Shown: positions 36,661 through 45,503 of the stretch, piece by piece
Layout of the letters: every line of letters begins with the position of its first letter
How positions within the stretch are numbered: the first letter of the stretch is position 1
From: a virus
Taxonomy: Duplodnaviria > Caudoviricetes
Reading direction: 5' to 3' (one strand)
IMG/VR virus record: IMGVR_UViG_3300029928_000002
Span: 64,001 to 128,000 of that record
DNA length: 64,000 nt
The notes under the pieces: model-generated
Seen by the model: the letters and a program-made list of their open reading frames with translations, nothing else
Database searches by the model: none
What the model was told of the DNA's origin: nothing
Program-made: the position numbers and the translations under genes

Positions 36661-37740
36661 TTAAAATCCTAATTTAGAAGATTTTTTTGCAGAGAAGTCA
36701 TTGTCTTCAGTATTATAAATTTCAGCTAATGTCATAGGCTTATTAAATTCTGGACGAAGTTTGTGTACCTTATCTGCAGTGAGTTTATTAAATATATACT
36801 TTAATTTTAATCTACCTTTACGAAGCAATGCTTTATCAATATTAGATTCATCTGTATTATAAGTACATATAAATTTGAGATTTAAAGCATCTCCTAAAAT
36901 ACCATCACTCAGATTAAGTAATGCAGATATAGCTGAGTTACCCCCTAAATCTCTACTCTTAAGAAGAGTATCACAGTCTTCCAATACTAATACTGAATTA
37001 GCTCCTTTCTTTATTAAGAATGTCATAAATGCCGTAGAATCTATATTCATTAAAGTATCAGCCGTAAGTAATATAAATTGCTGTTTACAATCATGGATGA
37101 GCTTCTTGATTATAGTCGTCTTACCGGTTCCGCATGGGCCACTAAACAACATTAGTCCAGAAGATTCACTATCACAAAACTCTACCATCTTATCATAAGG
37201 TAGATCGTCATTATAATTATCGAGAGATATATTTAGATTATGTTTTACAGTTAATACCGTACTGTCAAACAATCCTTTAGTATTCTGAGTAATATAAGTA
37301 AATTCAGCATCTTTATTATTACTATCCTCAATAGGCTTTATAAAAGATTCTAGAATAGTGGGCTTGGTAGCAGAATATACAATTAACTCTTTAGAGTATT
37401 CACTAATGTAATATACTAATACAAGGACTTCTTTATAAATATAAAGAATTGCATCACTACCATTAGCACTTATAAAAGTCCTACTAAATTCTGCATTCTT
37501 GTTCAATTCTTTAATAAAGAAATTTAAATCGATAAACTTATAATCAGTTAGAGATTTAATAAATAATCTCTCTACGAAAGAATCTATTTCTATTTTACCG
37601 TCTTTATCTATAAACAAACTCCATACTTGATATGGCTTTCCGAACATTAATTGATAAAGATAATCATATTTATCGTCTAAGCACCAATCTTTCAAAATGG
37701 AGGTTATAGCCCCTTCGTATTTAGTTATATTACTTTCCAT
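36661..37740 (-). CDS. AAA+ ATPase
   Basis: Walker A GPCGTGKT, Walker B LVLED, second region of homology IDKALLRKGRL. Confidence 0.9.
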   Translation of the reverse strand: MESNITKYEGAITSILKDWCLDDKYDYLYQLMFGKPYQVWSLFIDKDGKIEIDSFVERLFIKSLTDYKFIDLNFFIKELNKNAEFSRTFISANGSDAILYIYKEVLVLVYYISEYSKELIVYSATKPTILESFIKPIEDSNNKDAEFTYITQNTKGLFDSTVLTVKHNLNISLDNYNDDLPYDKMVEFCDSESSGLMLFSGPCGTGKTTIIKKLIHDCKQQFILLTADTLMNIDSTAFMTFLIKKGANSVLVLEDCDTLLKSRDLGGNSAISALLNLSDGILGDALNLKFICTYNTDESNIDKALLRKGRLKLKYIFNKLTADKVHKLRPEFNKPMTLAEIYNTEDNDFSAKKSSKLGF

Positions 37741-37972
37741 TAGTCAATTCAATTTCTTTATTTAAATACCATGCAGCTTTCTTCAAATCTTCTGTACCAT
37801 TTTTATAATGACTTCTCCATAAATATTTAAAAGCATTTAGGTGACAGAATGTTTTAACATTATCATCTCCGAAAGCTGCTTTCATAGCATCTATACATTC
37901 TATCCCACCCTGATTGTAATGAGTAGGATGGTTCACATTGTCAGTTGTTTTTTCAGTTGCTTTTGCTACCAT
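37730..37972 (-). CDS. DUF3310-like protein (T7 gp1.7-like nucleotide kinase family)
   Basis: DNVNHPTHY..GGIECID..NAFKYLWR..KNG.EDLKKA.WYL. Confidence 0.85.
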   Translation of the reverse strand: MVAKATEKTTDNVNHPTHYNQGGIECIDAMKAAFGDDNVKTFCHLNAFKYLWRSHYKNGTEDLKKAAWYLNKEIELTNGK

Positions 37973-38235
37973 ATATTACCACCTTTTATATAAATTCTAT
38001 CTTTAGAGTAATACTCATATTTCTCGTTAGTAATAGTATCTACTACTGTTAATACATATCCATTAGGCACTCTTGAGATATAAGATTTAAATGAATTGGT
38101 TGGATTATGAAATACCATTTCATTCTTCTCACCATAAGTTTCATATATTAAATTATATCTATTTAAGTGCCTATAAGGATGTGTATTAGTACAGTTAATA
38201 CATACTAAAGATAGCAGTATTATTATATATTTCAA
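37966..38235 (-). CDS. Hypothetical protein with signal/lipoprotein-like N-terminus
   Basis: MKYIIILLSLVCINC; first in-frame stop is TAG. Confidence 0.65.
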   Translation of the reverse strand: MKYIIILLSLVCINCTNTHPYRHLNRYNLIYETYGEKNEMVFHNPTNSFKSYISRVPNGYVLTVVDTITNEKYEYYSKDRIYIKGGNIW

Positions 38236-38247
38236 TCTTAAAATATA

Positions 38248-38640
38248 TTAATCTATAAAACAATATACTCCTTTTATATCAGAATATTCTGCATTATTAT
38301 GAATATTGTATAGAAATTTGATGTAATCTCTTACAGCTTCTAAGTCTTCAAGATATTCCTTCTTATCAACTATATCCTGAACATCTGGAGATTTAACTTC
38401 TTTTGCAGTGTTAATATATAATTGAGCATTGTTTATCTGCCCTTGCAAATCGTTTAGTATGGAATTAAAAGTATATTCAGTAATTTCTTTCTTTTCCCCT
38501 TCAGAAGAATAAAAGTTACCTGCTTCATATACTGTTTGATATATATCAGAATTTCTAGATATACTATCAAATAGAATAAAGATAGGTTCTTTCATATCCC
38601 TCTTCTTTACCTTAAAATATATATTTAAATAGCTACTCAT
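38248..38640 (-). CDS. Hypothetical protein
   Basis: 130-aa ORF, operon packing. Confidence 0.7.
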   Translation of the reverse strand: MSSYLNIYFKVKKRDMKEPIFILFDSISRNSDIYQTVYEAGNFYSSEGEKKEITEYTFNSILNDLQGQINNAQLYINTAKEVKSPDVQDIVDKKEYLEDLEAVRDYIKFLYNIHNNAEYSDIKGVYCFID

Positions 38641-38643
38641 AAT

Positions 38644-39507
38644 TTATACAAAATATTCTTTAGGACAACCATGTTCTTCAAGGAACTTATTTATCTGTTC
38701 CTTTACCATTCTCATTACTATCTTGCAATTAGGATGTGCCACACCATACTTATCATACAGCCTAAGGTCAAGAATATCTTTCCATTCCTTTATAGTATAG
38801 GTATATACAACCCTAGTGGCTGTATCCAATGGTAGAACACCTCTTGCATTCTCAGGCTTAAAGCCGTTTTCAAGCATACCTTTATAAGAAGCATAAGCAC
38901 TCTCCATATACTTTAAGTAATCATTTCTTTTCTCTTCATCAGCATCACTCCACCACCATGGCTTACATATATCCAAACCGTCCTTTGATGAACAGTATCT
39001 TGTAGACCTCTCAGCAATGTTGTTAGGAGACTTACGATTCAATTCCCTTGAAGTGGCTATCTGAGTGGTAATGCAGAAGGTCATGCGAAGACTCTTGAAG
39101 TACTCAGGATTCTTTTCACACTGCTTTAAGAACTCAGGAGCATCCATAGTGACCACAGAACCCTCTTGTAAATCATCTATGGCGTCTCCTACATTCCCAA
39201 ACATATACTCTTGCATATTACAAGAGACACAACCCCAATCCTGGAACACATTGGAGGATATTGTGGAAGTTATGGACTCCCGTTCTATCTTGGACAACCT
39301 TGATAAGTCCAAATATACAGAACCATGCCTAAGCATACTAAGATGGCCTTTATTTATAAGACCTTGCACAAGTTTATTATCTTGCTCTAGAGTATGGGGT
39401 TTATCCTCCCCATCATAACATACCCTCGCACACCTTGCTATATGTTGATTAGAGGTTACTTTACTTTCATCAAAAAATTCAACTTTCGGTTCTATTAATT
39501 TTAGCAT
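38644..39507 (-). CDS. thyX: Flavin-dependent thymidylate synthase
   Basis: ARVCY, GHLS, SRELNR...ERSTRY, ENARGVLP, LRL...AHP. The RHR signature is divergent (NRK). Confidence 0.85.
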   Translation of the reverse strand: MLKLIEPKVEFFDESKVTSNQHIARCARVCYDGEDKPHTLEQDNKLVQGLINKGHLSMLRHGSVYLDLSRLSKIERESITSTISSNVFQDWGCVSCNMQEYMFGNVGDAIDDLQEGSVVTMDAPEFLKQCEKNPEYFKSLRMTFCITTQIATSRELNRKSPNNIAERSTRYCSSKDGLDICKPWWWSDADEEKRNDYLKYMESAYASYKGMLENGFKPENARGVLPLDTATRVVYTYTIKEWKDILDLRLYDKYGVAHPNCKIVMRMVKEQINKFLEEHGCPKEYFV

Positions 39508-39706
39508 TTTCTAATAATTTTTTACCTTTTTCAGTTAATCTAAATGTTGTATTGGAATTTGTAATACTATCTATATCATTTAGTATATCCATGATGGCAT
39601 TACCATCTCCTATTGGTATAAACTTTCCTATATCAAGGTCTCCGCATTCTACATATATTCCATTATCAAAGAAATGAAATACGGCTGTTGTGTTTTCTCC
39701 TGTCAT
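39479..39706 (-). CDS. Hypothetical protein
   Basis: 75-aa ORF overlapping both neighbours. Confidence 0.6.
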   Translation of the reverse strand: MTGENTTAVFHFFDNGIYVECGDLDIGKFIPIGDGNAIMDILNDIDSITNSNTTFRLTEKGKKLLENAKINRTES

Positions 39707-40773
39707 TCTTTTTCTAGTATTACTTCTGTAAACATTTGATTCTTAAGTTTGTACCAAGTATTTGCCTTAATACGTTCACCATCAACATACTCTGTTTTCA
39801 CATACTTGGGAACTCTTTGTTTCATCATGTCGTCCCATGCCCATTCTGTAAGTGTAATCCAAGAACCAACTTCTGCTTTTACAACGGATTTGTCTCCTGC
39901 ACACATGATTATAGAATCTTTACCAGTGCTGGCAATCTTAGTAGAGTCACCACTCGAATTGATTATAGCACGGTTACCACTCGAACAAACCCGAGCACAG
40001 TAACCTGTGGAACTAATCTGGGCGAAATAACCACTTGAACCAATTTGAACATAGTAGTCACTCGAACTAATTTGAGCGTAGTCACCTTCGGAAAGAATTT
40101 TAGCAAAATCACCGCTAGAACTGACCTGAGCAAAATTTCCACTAGAACCAATATTGGCAGAATTACCACTAGAACTAATTTTGGCATAGTCTCTGTCTGA
40201 ACTAATCCAGGCATGGTCATCACTCGAACTAATCCTAACATAGAAACTACTATTATCGTTTGGGCCAGTTGTTTTTTCCGTCTTAGATTGTGAAGTAATA
40301 TTCTTTAGCCATTTAATACATATTTTGATAATGTCAGAAAGTTTTAGCTCAATCTTAATTTTAATACGAGAAGAACAAACTTTTGTTGAGTTATCTCCTC
40401 TATCAATTTTACCAGATTGCTCAACCTCGGCAAAGCGGGAGTTGACTATATCATAATAGTTAAAAACTTCCCAAGGTGATCCACACGCGTGAAAACCCCG
40501 GCTGCAACATTTAATATCACCATCCACCTCGTATTCTTTACCAACTTCGTACTGAAAGCCCCGACACTGCATATTTTTATCGAAGCCTTTGTAGGACTTT
40601 ATTACTCTATCTTCTTTCATATTCCCAATATTTAACCTAAAAATAAAATTATCACATTCATTTACATCATCCGGCATTGCTATCTCATCCCGACACCTAC
40701 CTTTGTCTTGGTAAATGCAAGATCTGCTACAATGTTCCCTTATATCTATATTCTTTTCGTCAACCATAATCAA
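39703..40773 (-). CDS. Phage protein with YKGFD/GFHAC domain and 9-residue SSGxxAxI repeats
   Basis: SYKGFD..CRGFQYEVG, GFHAC, about 11 nonapeptide repeats, C-terminal VDGERIKANTWY. Confidence 0.8.
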   Translation of the reverse strand: MIMVDEKNIDIREHCSRSCIYQDKGRCRDEIAMPDDVNECDNFIFRLNIGNMKEDRVIKSYKGFDKNMQCRGFQYEVGKEYEVDGDIKCCSRGFHACGSPWEVFNYYDIVNSRFAEVEQSGKIDRGDNSTKVCSSRIKIKIELKLSDIIKICIKWLKNITSQSKTEKTTGPNDNSSFYVRISSSDDHAWISSDRDYAKISSSGNSANIGSSGNFAQVSSSGDFAKILSEGDYAQISSSDYYVQIGSSGYFAQISSTGYCARVCSSGNRAIINSSGDSTKIASTGKDSIIMCAGDKSVVKAEVGSWITLTEWAWDDMMKQRVPKYVKTEYVDGERIKANTWYKLKNQMFTEVILEKE

Positions 40774-41456
40774 TCTTCCTTATAGTCATTAAAAGTGCCT
40801 ATGAGTTTGGCGGTATCTTTGTTGTAGGGAAGTATCTCGCTATACCATCCACCAATACAGTAGTAAGATTTACCATCAGCATAGCCGAATATTTCAGGAC
40901 GCCAAGCACCCCTATTATATCTTGCTACCACCTTTTCATAAGGCTCAAACTTAGGCTCAGTAGGCTTGTTAGGAACTATCTCTAAGGTCTCCATGTTGAA
41001 CTTGCCATTAAAAGCTTCCTCAACTTCCTTGATATATTCCCCTGCCTCTTCCGGACTGGCTTTTTCGTACCAGTCTTCTACACTTTCTTTAGTAACTTCT
41101 GGGGCAATAAATACTCCATCTGCTCTATTGTATCGCATATATTTTGCTTCAAAACAAGTGTAGGAATCATCTGAGAACTTATCAAAGAAACAAAACATGT
41201 TTCCATCACTTTTGAGTACATCACCTCTTTTCCAAGAGAACTTTGACCAGTCGCACATTTCCTTGGAGGGGAATAACATGAGGTCTCCACCCCTGCTGTA
41301 TCTACCATCTTCGTAAAAGTTACGCTTTTCCTCTGCATTAATTTTCACAAAAATGATTCCATCATTATCTATATGGTCAAAGGTGACATATCCCCAAATA
41401 GGAGTATAGAGCTTGGTGCCTTGTGACTTGTTTTTAAGAATTTCTGCTATGTTCAT
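40770..41456 (-). CDS. Hypothetical phage protein
   Basis: 228-aa ORF; MNIAEILK..GTKLY, LFPSKEM.DW, FEPYEKVV, ILPYN..T..LIGT segments. Confidence 0.75.
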   Translation of the reverse strand: MNIAEILKNKSQGTKLYTPIWGYVTFDHIDNDGIIFVKINAEEKRNFYEDGRYSRGGDLMLFPSKEMCDWSKFSWKRGDVLKSDGNMFCFFDKFSDDSYTCFEAKYMRYNRADGVFIAPEVTKESVEDWYEKASPEEAGEYIKEVEEAFNGKFNMETLEIVPNKPTEPKFEPYEKVVARYNRGAWRPEIFGYADGKSYYCIGGWYSEILPYNKDTAKLIGTFNDYKED

Positions 41457-41477
41457 AATTTTAACGTTATTGAAAGT

Positions 41478-41720
41478 TTATACATTTAAAGTATATTTAG
41501 TAATCCAGTCACCACACTGTTCACATGTACCCAAATCCTCATAATTTCCTTGAGATTCTATCAAGTTTATTAGAGTTTGTTGTAAAGTACCTATATCAGA
41601 TATTTTATCAACAGCTTTTTTAATAGCTGCTTTTATATCTTCTATAGGTAATTCAACAGATTCTTTACCATCTATAGTTAAAGAATCACATATACATCCT
41701 GAAATACTTACTAATTTCAT
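41478..41720 (-). CDS. Hypothetical protein with C-terminal CxxC
   Basis: Start moved to MKLVS (ATGA overlap with the upstream gene); CEQCGD. Confidence 0.65.
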   Translation of the reverse strand: MKLVSISGCICDSLTIDGKESVELPIEDIKAAIKKAVDKISDIGTLQQTLINLIESQGNYEDLGTCEQCGDWITKYTLNV

Positions 41721-42019
41721 ATTTGATCTGATAACCATCCTTCACTGTCCTTACACGTATGAAATTCACAATAAGGGCATCCCCATTCTACTGATAAACA
41801 ACACATATCAATATCTTTTTTATTAGGCAATCCATCAAATAATTTATTCATTTCTTCTTCTGGAAATACCCATTTAGAGTTAAAATATATGTCTAAATTC
41901 TCAGAATCCATTATCTGAACATCTCCATCTAAAACATTATTAAAGAACTCTTTTATATATTCTAGATTCTTAGGATCTGTTGAATATACCCTGAGTGTAT
42001 TCTCGCAAATGTTAGCCAT
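41717..42019 (-). CDS. Hypothetical protein, possibly DUF1281/YubB ferredoxin-like fold
   Basis: MANICENTL..F.SKW..P..VEWG pattern; alternative start at 42028. Confidence 0.55.
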   Translation of the reverse strand: MANICENTLRVYSTDPKNLEYIKEFFNNVLDGDVQIMDSENLDIYFNSKWVFPEEEMNKLFDGLPNKKDIDMCCLSVEWGCPYCEFHTCKDSEGWLSDQI

Positions 42020-42620
42020 TATTTTCAATTTTAGAATTTATAATATCTAATATCTGATTCCAAGATATTGGATAATAATTATTATTATCTACTCCTACAT
42101 CATATTGATAAGGAAATGTCATATCTAGTCTAGATGTATCCTTATTTTCATTATTTTGATTACTATGGACATGCCCATACAGTTGTATTACAGCATGATT
42201 GGGTTCTCTGTACGTTCCCCCATAGCACAAGAATGGATAGTGATTTAAATATACATATCTTCCGTCGATATTAAGGAGTAATTGAGAAGCTACTCCTTCA
42301 AATAAATCAAATGTCTGGTGCCCTGGATACCGTAGATCGTCATGGTTACCTACAATCAAATAGATATGCCCATTTAGACTATTAATTATTTCTTTCCATC
42401 TACCATTAGTAGCAAATGCAAAATCCCCCAAATGGAATACTATATCTTCAGGTTTTACTACTTTATTCCAATTTTCTATCAGAGCATTATCCATTTCTTC
42501 TACAGTATTCCACGGACGATTACAGAATTTAATTATATTTCTATGACCAAAATGGGTATCAGAGGTAAACCAAATATTTACCTCTGAAGTGCTTAATTTT
42601 AAAGGTTTAATATATTCCAT
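42012..42620 (-). CDS. Calcineurin-like metallophosphoesterase
   Basis: FTSDTHFGH, LGDF, GNHD, NHYP, YGHVH, DVGVD. Start at a TAATG overlap. Confidence 0.9.
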   Translation of the reverse strand: MEYIKPLKLSTSEVNIWFTSDTHFGHRNIIKFCNRPWNTVEEMDNALIENWNKVVKPEDIVFHLGDFAFATNGRWKEIINSLNGHIYLIVGNHDDLRYPGHQTFDLFEGVASQLLLNIDGRYVYLNHYPFLCYGGTYREPNHAVIQLYGHVHSNQNNENKDTSRLDMTFPYQYDVGVDNNNYYPISWNQILDIINSKIENNG

Positions 42621-42979
42621 TACAATAGATATTTTATCCAAGCATAATGCTTTCTGTGATTTATATAATCGGAGTTTTCTTCATTAGTATATGCTTCTTG
42701 TTCTAATGACAAACTTCTATAAACTCTTTTAAAGTAACTCCTACCGGGTTTAGAAAAATTCTTAGTCAATGAAGGTATAAAGAATTTTATAATAAATTCT
42801 AACCCATAAATTAAGAAGAAACCGATTATAAGAGTTTCTTTATACTGCTCCCAATGAATAGCTTCATGATTAATATCTTCTCCACTAAGAGTAGAATCTT
42901 TTTTAATGAAGATAAATGGGCCAATTGTTAAAGCCTTAAAACCAGATGGTGGTAGAATTTTATTTACAATGATTTTCAT
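42620..42979 (-). CDS. HExxH zincin-like membrane-associated protein
   Basis: NHEAIHWEQ, hydrophobic helix, LEQEAY. Confidence 0.65.
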   Translation of the reverse strand: MKIIVNKILPPSGFKALTIGPFIFIKKDSTLSGEDINHEAIHWEQYKETLIIGFFLIYGLEFIIKFFIPSLTKNFSKPGRSYFKRVYRSLSLEQEAYTNEENSDYINHRKHYAWIKYLL

Positions 42980-42995
42980 ATATATAAAATTTAAG

Positions 42996-43271
42996 TTAAT
43001 CTTCTATTACGTCTAAGTTATCTTCTGTCCAATTAGAGCATTCTTTTATAAGATATTCAGAATATTCCTTATTCGGTAAAACCTTTCTTTGTAGATAACT
43101 CTTAAATTCACTTATTAATTCTATTGGTGTTAGATGAGAATATATATATCCTTCTTTTAGATTTACATATTCTTCATCTAATTTATCATAATCTGTTAAT
43201 ACATTATCAACAGATTTACTTAAAGTTTGTGAACATAGAACACAAACTGGCTTTCTTATAATATTATTCAT
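42996..43271 (-). CDS. Hypothetical protein
   Basis: Start moved to MNNII, which overlaps the upstream stop. Confidence 0.6.
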   Translation of the reverse strand: MNNIIRKPVCVLCSQTLSKSVDNVLTDYDKLDEEYVNLKEGYIYSHLTPIELISEFKSYLQRKVLPNKEYSEYLIKECSNWTEDNLDVIED

Positions 43272-43770
43272 TGTAAGCAAGTATTCTATAATCTTGATAA
43301 TTAGGAGCAATTTTCAAAAGTGCTTTACAATAAGTTCTTATCTTATACACTAATTGATCGTAACTTCCCATTTCGTAAACTTTTGGATTAAATTTGCAGT
43401 AATATTCTTTATTTGTTGCCAATTCCATATAAGAATCTAGTACTGAATTTATATAATAAGGAAATGATATATTTAACAGATCTTCTGGATGCCATAATAT
43501 ATCATATAGAGTATTGGGTTCGACTATTAAAGCTGAAGTTCTATCTTTACAATGCTTGGCCATTTTAATTAGAGTATCTTCAATTCTCGTATGAAACCAA
43601 ACTTTATATCTATAAGACTTTTCACCTATTGTGGCACTATCAATATCTGGAAAATATTTAGATACTTCTTTTTTAGTACCAAACTCCATAAGTTCTCCAC
43701 CTTCGCTAAGACACACTCCAGTAGTCTCAAATACTCTAGGATTTTTATCTATTATATATAAATGTAACAT
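43264..43770 (-). CDS. Hypothetical protein
   Basis: 168-aa ORF, operon packing. Confidence 0.7.
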   Translation of the reverse strand: MLHLYIIDKNPRVFETTGVCLSEGGELMEFGTKKEVSKYFPDIDSATIGEKSYRYKVWFHTRIEDTLIKMAKHCKDRTSALIVEPNTLYDILWHPEDLLNISFPYYINSVLDSYMELATNKEYYCKFNPKVYEMGSYDQLVYKIRTYCKALLKIAPNYQDYRILAYNE

Positions 43771-43774
43771 AATT

Positions 43775-44797
43775 TTATTTATTTATAGCTAAATATGAAT
43801 TATTACTTATATCAATAATTTTAGAATTTTCGTAAAATTCTTCCAAATTTTTGGCATTACAGTAACTCATTGCAGATTGTAGATAATCTTTCATATTATC
43901 AGTCCACTGCTTTAAAGTATACTTTATTGGAAGATATTTAGCAATTCCTTCTGCAGTATGTTTCTTTTCACCAAAGAGGTCAATCTGACCCTGCTTCGAA
44001 GCCATACCATAGAATTTATGATAAATATCCCCATCTAGACATCTAGTATGTTTATATTTACCATCAGAAGTTTTATAATATATTTCATCTTTATTAGATT
44101 CATAGCATTGAGAAAACAGACTTCCTATCATTACATAATTTGCCCCTAAAGCCAGTGCTTTAATTACATCGGAGTAGTTTCTAATTCCTCCATCAGCAAT
44201 TATTTTAATTTTATTTTTATTCTCTTTGGCATTCCAATTATATCTATAAAGAGTAGCATTATGAATTAGAGATGCCATAGGACAATGTATACCTGTGTTA
44301 GAAGAAGTAATGCATCCACTTCCACCGCCTATTCCAAGTCTTATATAATCTACAGATCCCCATTTTACAATAGTATCAAGTAGATTTGGATTGGCAATAT
44401 TTCCTGTCATTATAACAAGTTTTGGATATTTCTCCTTTTTAGCATTAATGCAGTCATATAGATACATCATATGACCATTAGCTACATCTACACAAACTTT
44501 ACTAATTTTTGGAAATTCTGTTTCATTAAACTCTTCCAAAGACATTGCTACCCAATACCCTTTATTCATATACTTTATACGTACATCGTAAGGTATATTT
44601 CTTGGAAGGATAGGTGTAATATTGTTATTTATATAATCATTAAGATTTTCTTCCAATACTATACAACTCATAGGAGCTGTAAATATAGGTAAAGATTTAA
44701 TATTAAAATCAGTTAAATAAGGGTAACATTCTTCTCTATGATGAATATTAGAAAAATTTCTTGGAATTATTGAAACGTCATTATAACTTAAATACAT
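43775..44797 (-). CDS. guaC: GMP reductase (IMPDH/GMPR family)
   Basis: TAPM, DVANGH, GIGGGSGCIT, IIADGG, VMIGS, FYGMAS..AEG. No CBS domains and no RY flap dyad, which favours GMPR over IMPDH. Confidence 0.75.
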   Translation of the reverse strand: MYLSYNDVSIIPRNFSNIHHREECYPYLTDFNIKSLPIFTAPMSCIVLEENLNDYINNNITPILPRNIPYDVRIKYMNKGYWVAMSLEEFNETEFPKISKVCVDVANGHMMYLYDCINAKKEKYPKLVIMTGNIANPNLLDTIVKWGSVDYIRLGIGGGSGCITSSNTGIHCPMASLIHNATLYRYNWNAKENKNKIKIIADGGIRNYSDVIKALALGANYVMIGSLFSQCYESNKDEIYYKTSDGKYKHTRCLDGDIYHKFYGMASKQGQIDLFGEKKHTAEGIAKYLPIKYTLKQWTDNMKDYLQSAMSYCNAKNLEEFYENSKIIDISNNSYLAINK

Positions 44798-44816
44798 AAT
44801 TATTGATGGATAAAAA

Positions 44817-44910
44817 ATTGATTTTAAGATACTTATTAATAAAAATTCAAGATTTAAATTTGATTATTGATAAAATACTTGTAATTAAAAATAAATATCT
44901 TAAAATCAAT
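44817..44910 (-). repeat. 21-bp inverted repeat with 52-nt spacer upstream of guaC
   Basis: ATTGATTTTAAGATACTTATT (44817-37) / AATAAATATCTTAAAATCAAT (44890-910). The single mismatch is a U.G pair on the - strand. Confidence 0.85.
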
Positions 44911-44922
44911 CCTATAAATTAT

Positions 44923-45501
44923 TTAATTATATTCTATAAAATCAATTAATAACACTTTGTTATTAGAAGATAAATCATCTATATGAGATTGTAAAAACTT
45001 ACGATTATAATGTTTAGCATAAAACTTAGTACCTAATAAATAAAGATACCAAGGAGCCGAAACACTTGCATGATGTTCTATAACTTCTGTTATGGTATTA
45101 GAATATTTTTTTATATCCCAATCCCAATAACATATAGCACAATCTATATTTAGATGATTCTCATCTTTTAATTTTGTTATAAAATCTGTAAATTTCTTAG
45201 TATACTCTTTCGTATTATCTACTTTATACCTCTCATCAAATATAAATCTATAATAAACATCTTTTTTCTTAAAGAGTTTAAACAGATCCGTACAGTCATA
45301 GAGATACCCATAATCTATTCTATTATGACATAAATGCCATTGATTATCTATTAATCTTAGTCTTATATCAAAATATCTAACTCCCAAAGAATATTGTTCT
45401 AATAAAGTTAGTTTTTGACAATCTGACCAGATTTTAGTATACTTACGCAATCCTTTATTTTTAATTGGTAAGTAACTTATACTATTATGACTTCCTAACA
45501 T
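44923..45501 (-). CDS. PI-specific phospholipase C X-domain-like phosphodiesterase
   Basis: LGSHNS, CQ..TL.EQY..GVRYFDIRL, LCH: both catalytic His positions of the PI-PLC X-box pattern are present. Confidence 0.75.
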   Translation of the reverse strand: MLGSHNSISYLPIKNKGLRKYTKIWSDCQKLTLLEQYSLGVRYFDIRLRLIDNQWHLCHNRIDYGYLYDCTDLFKLFKKKDVYYRFIFDERYKVDNTKEYTKKFTDFITKLKDENHLNIDCAICYWDWDIKKYSNTITEVIEHHASVSAPWYLYLLGTKFYAKHYNRKFLQSHIDDLSSNNKVLLIDFIEYN

Positions 45502-45503
45502 AA

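Noticed and set aside
39960-40250. DGR variable/template repeat in the SSGxxAxI region
   Set aside because: The repeats are 27-nt coding units with general divergence, not an adenine-specific TR/VR pair, and no RT is present.
43775-44797. IMP dehydrogenase (guaB) call
   Set aside because: No CBS pair or RY flap dyad is visible, so GMP reductase fits better, though a phylogeny is needed to be sure.
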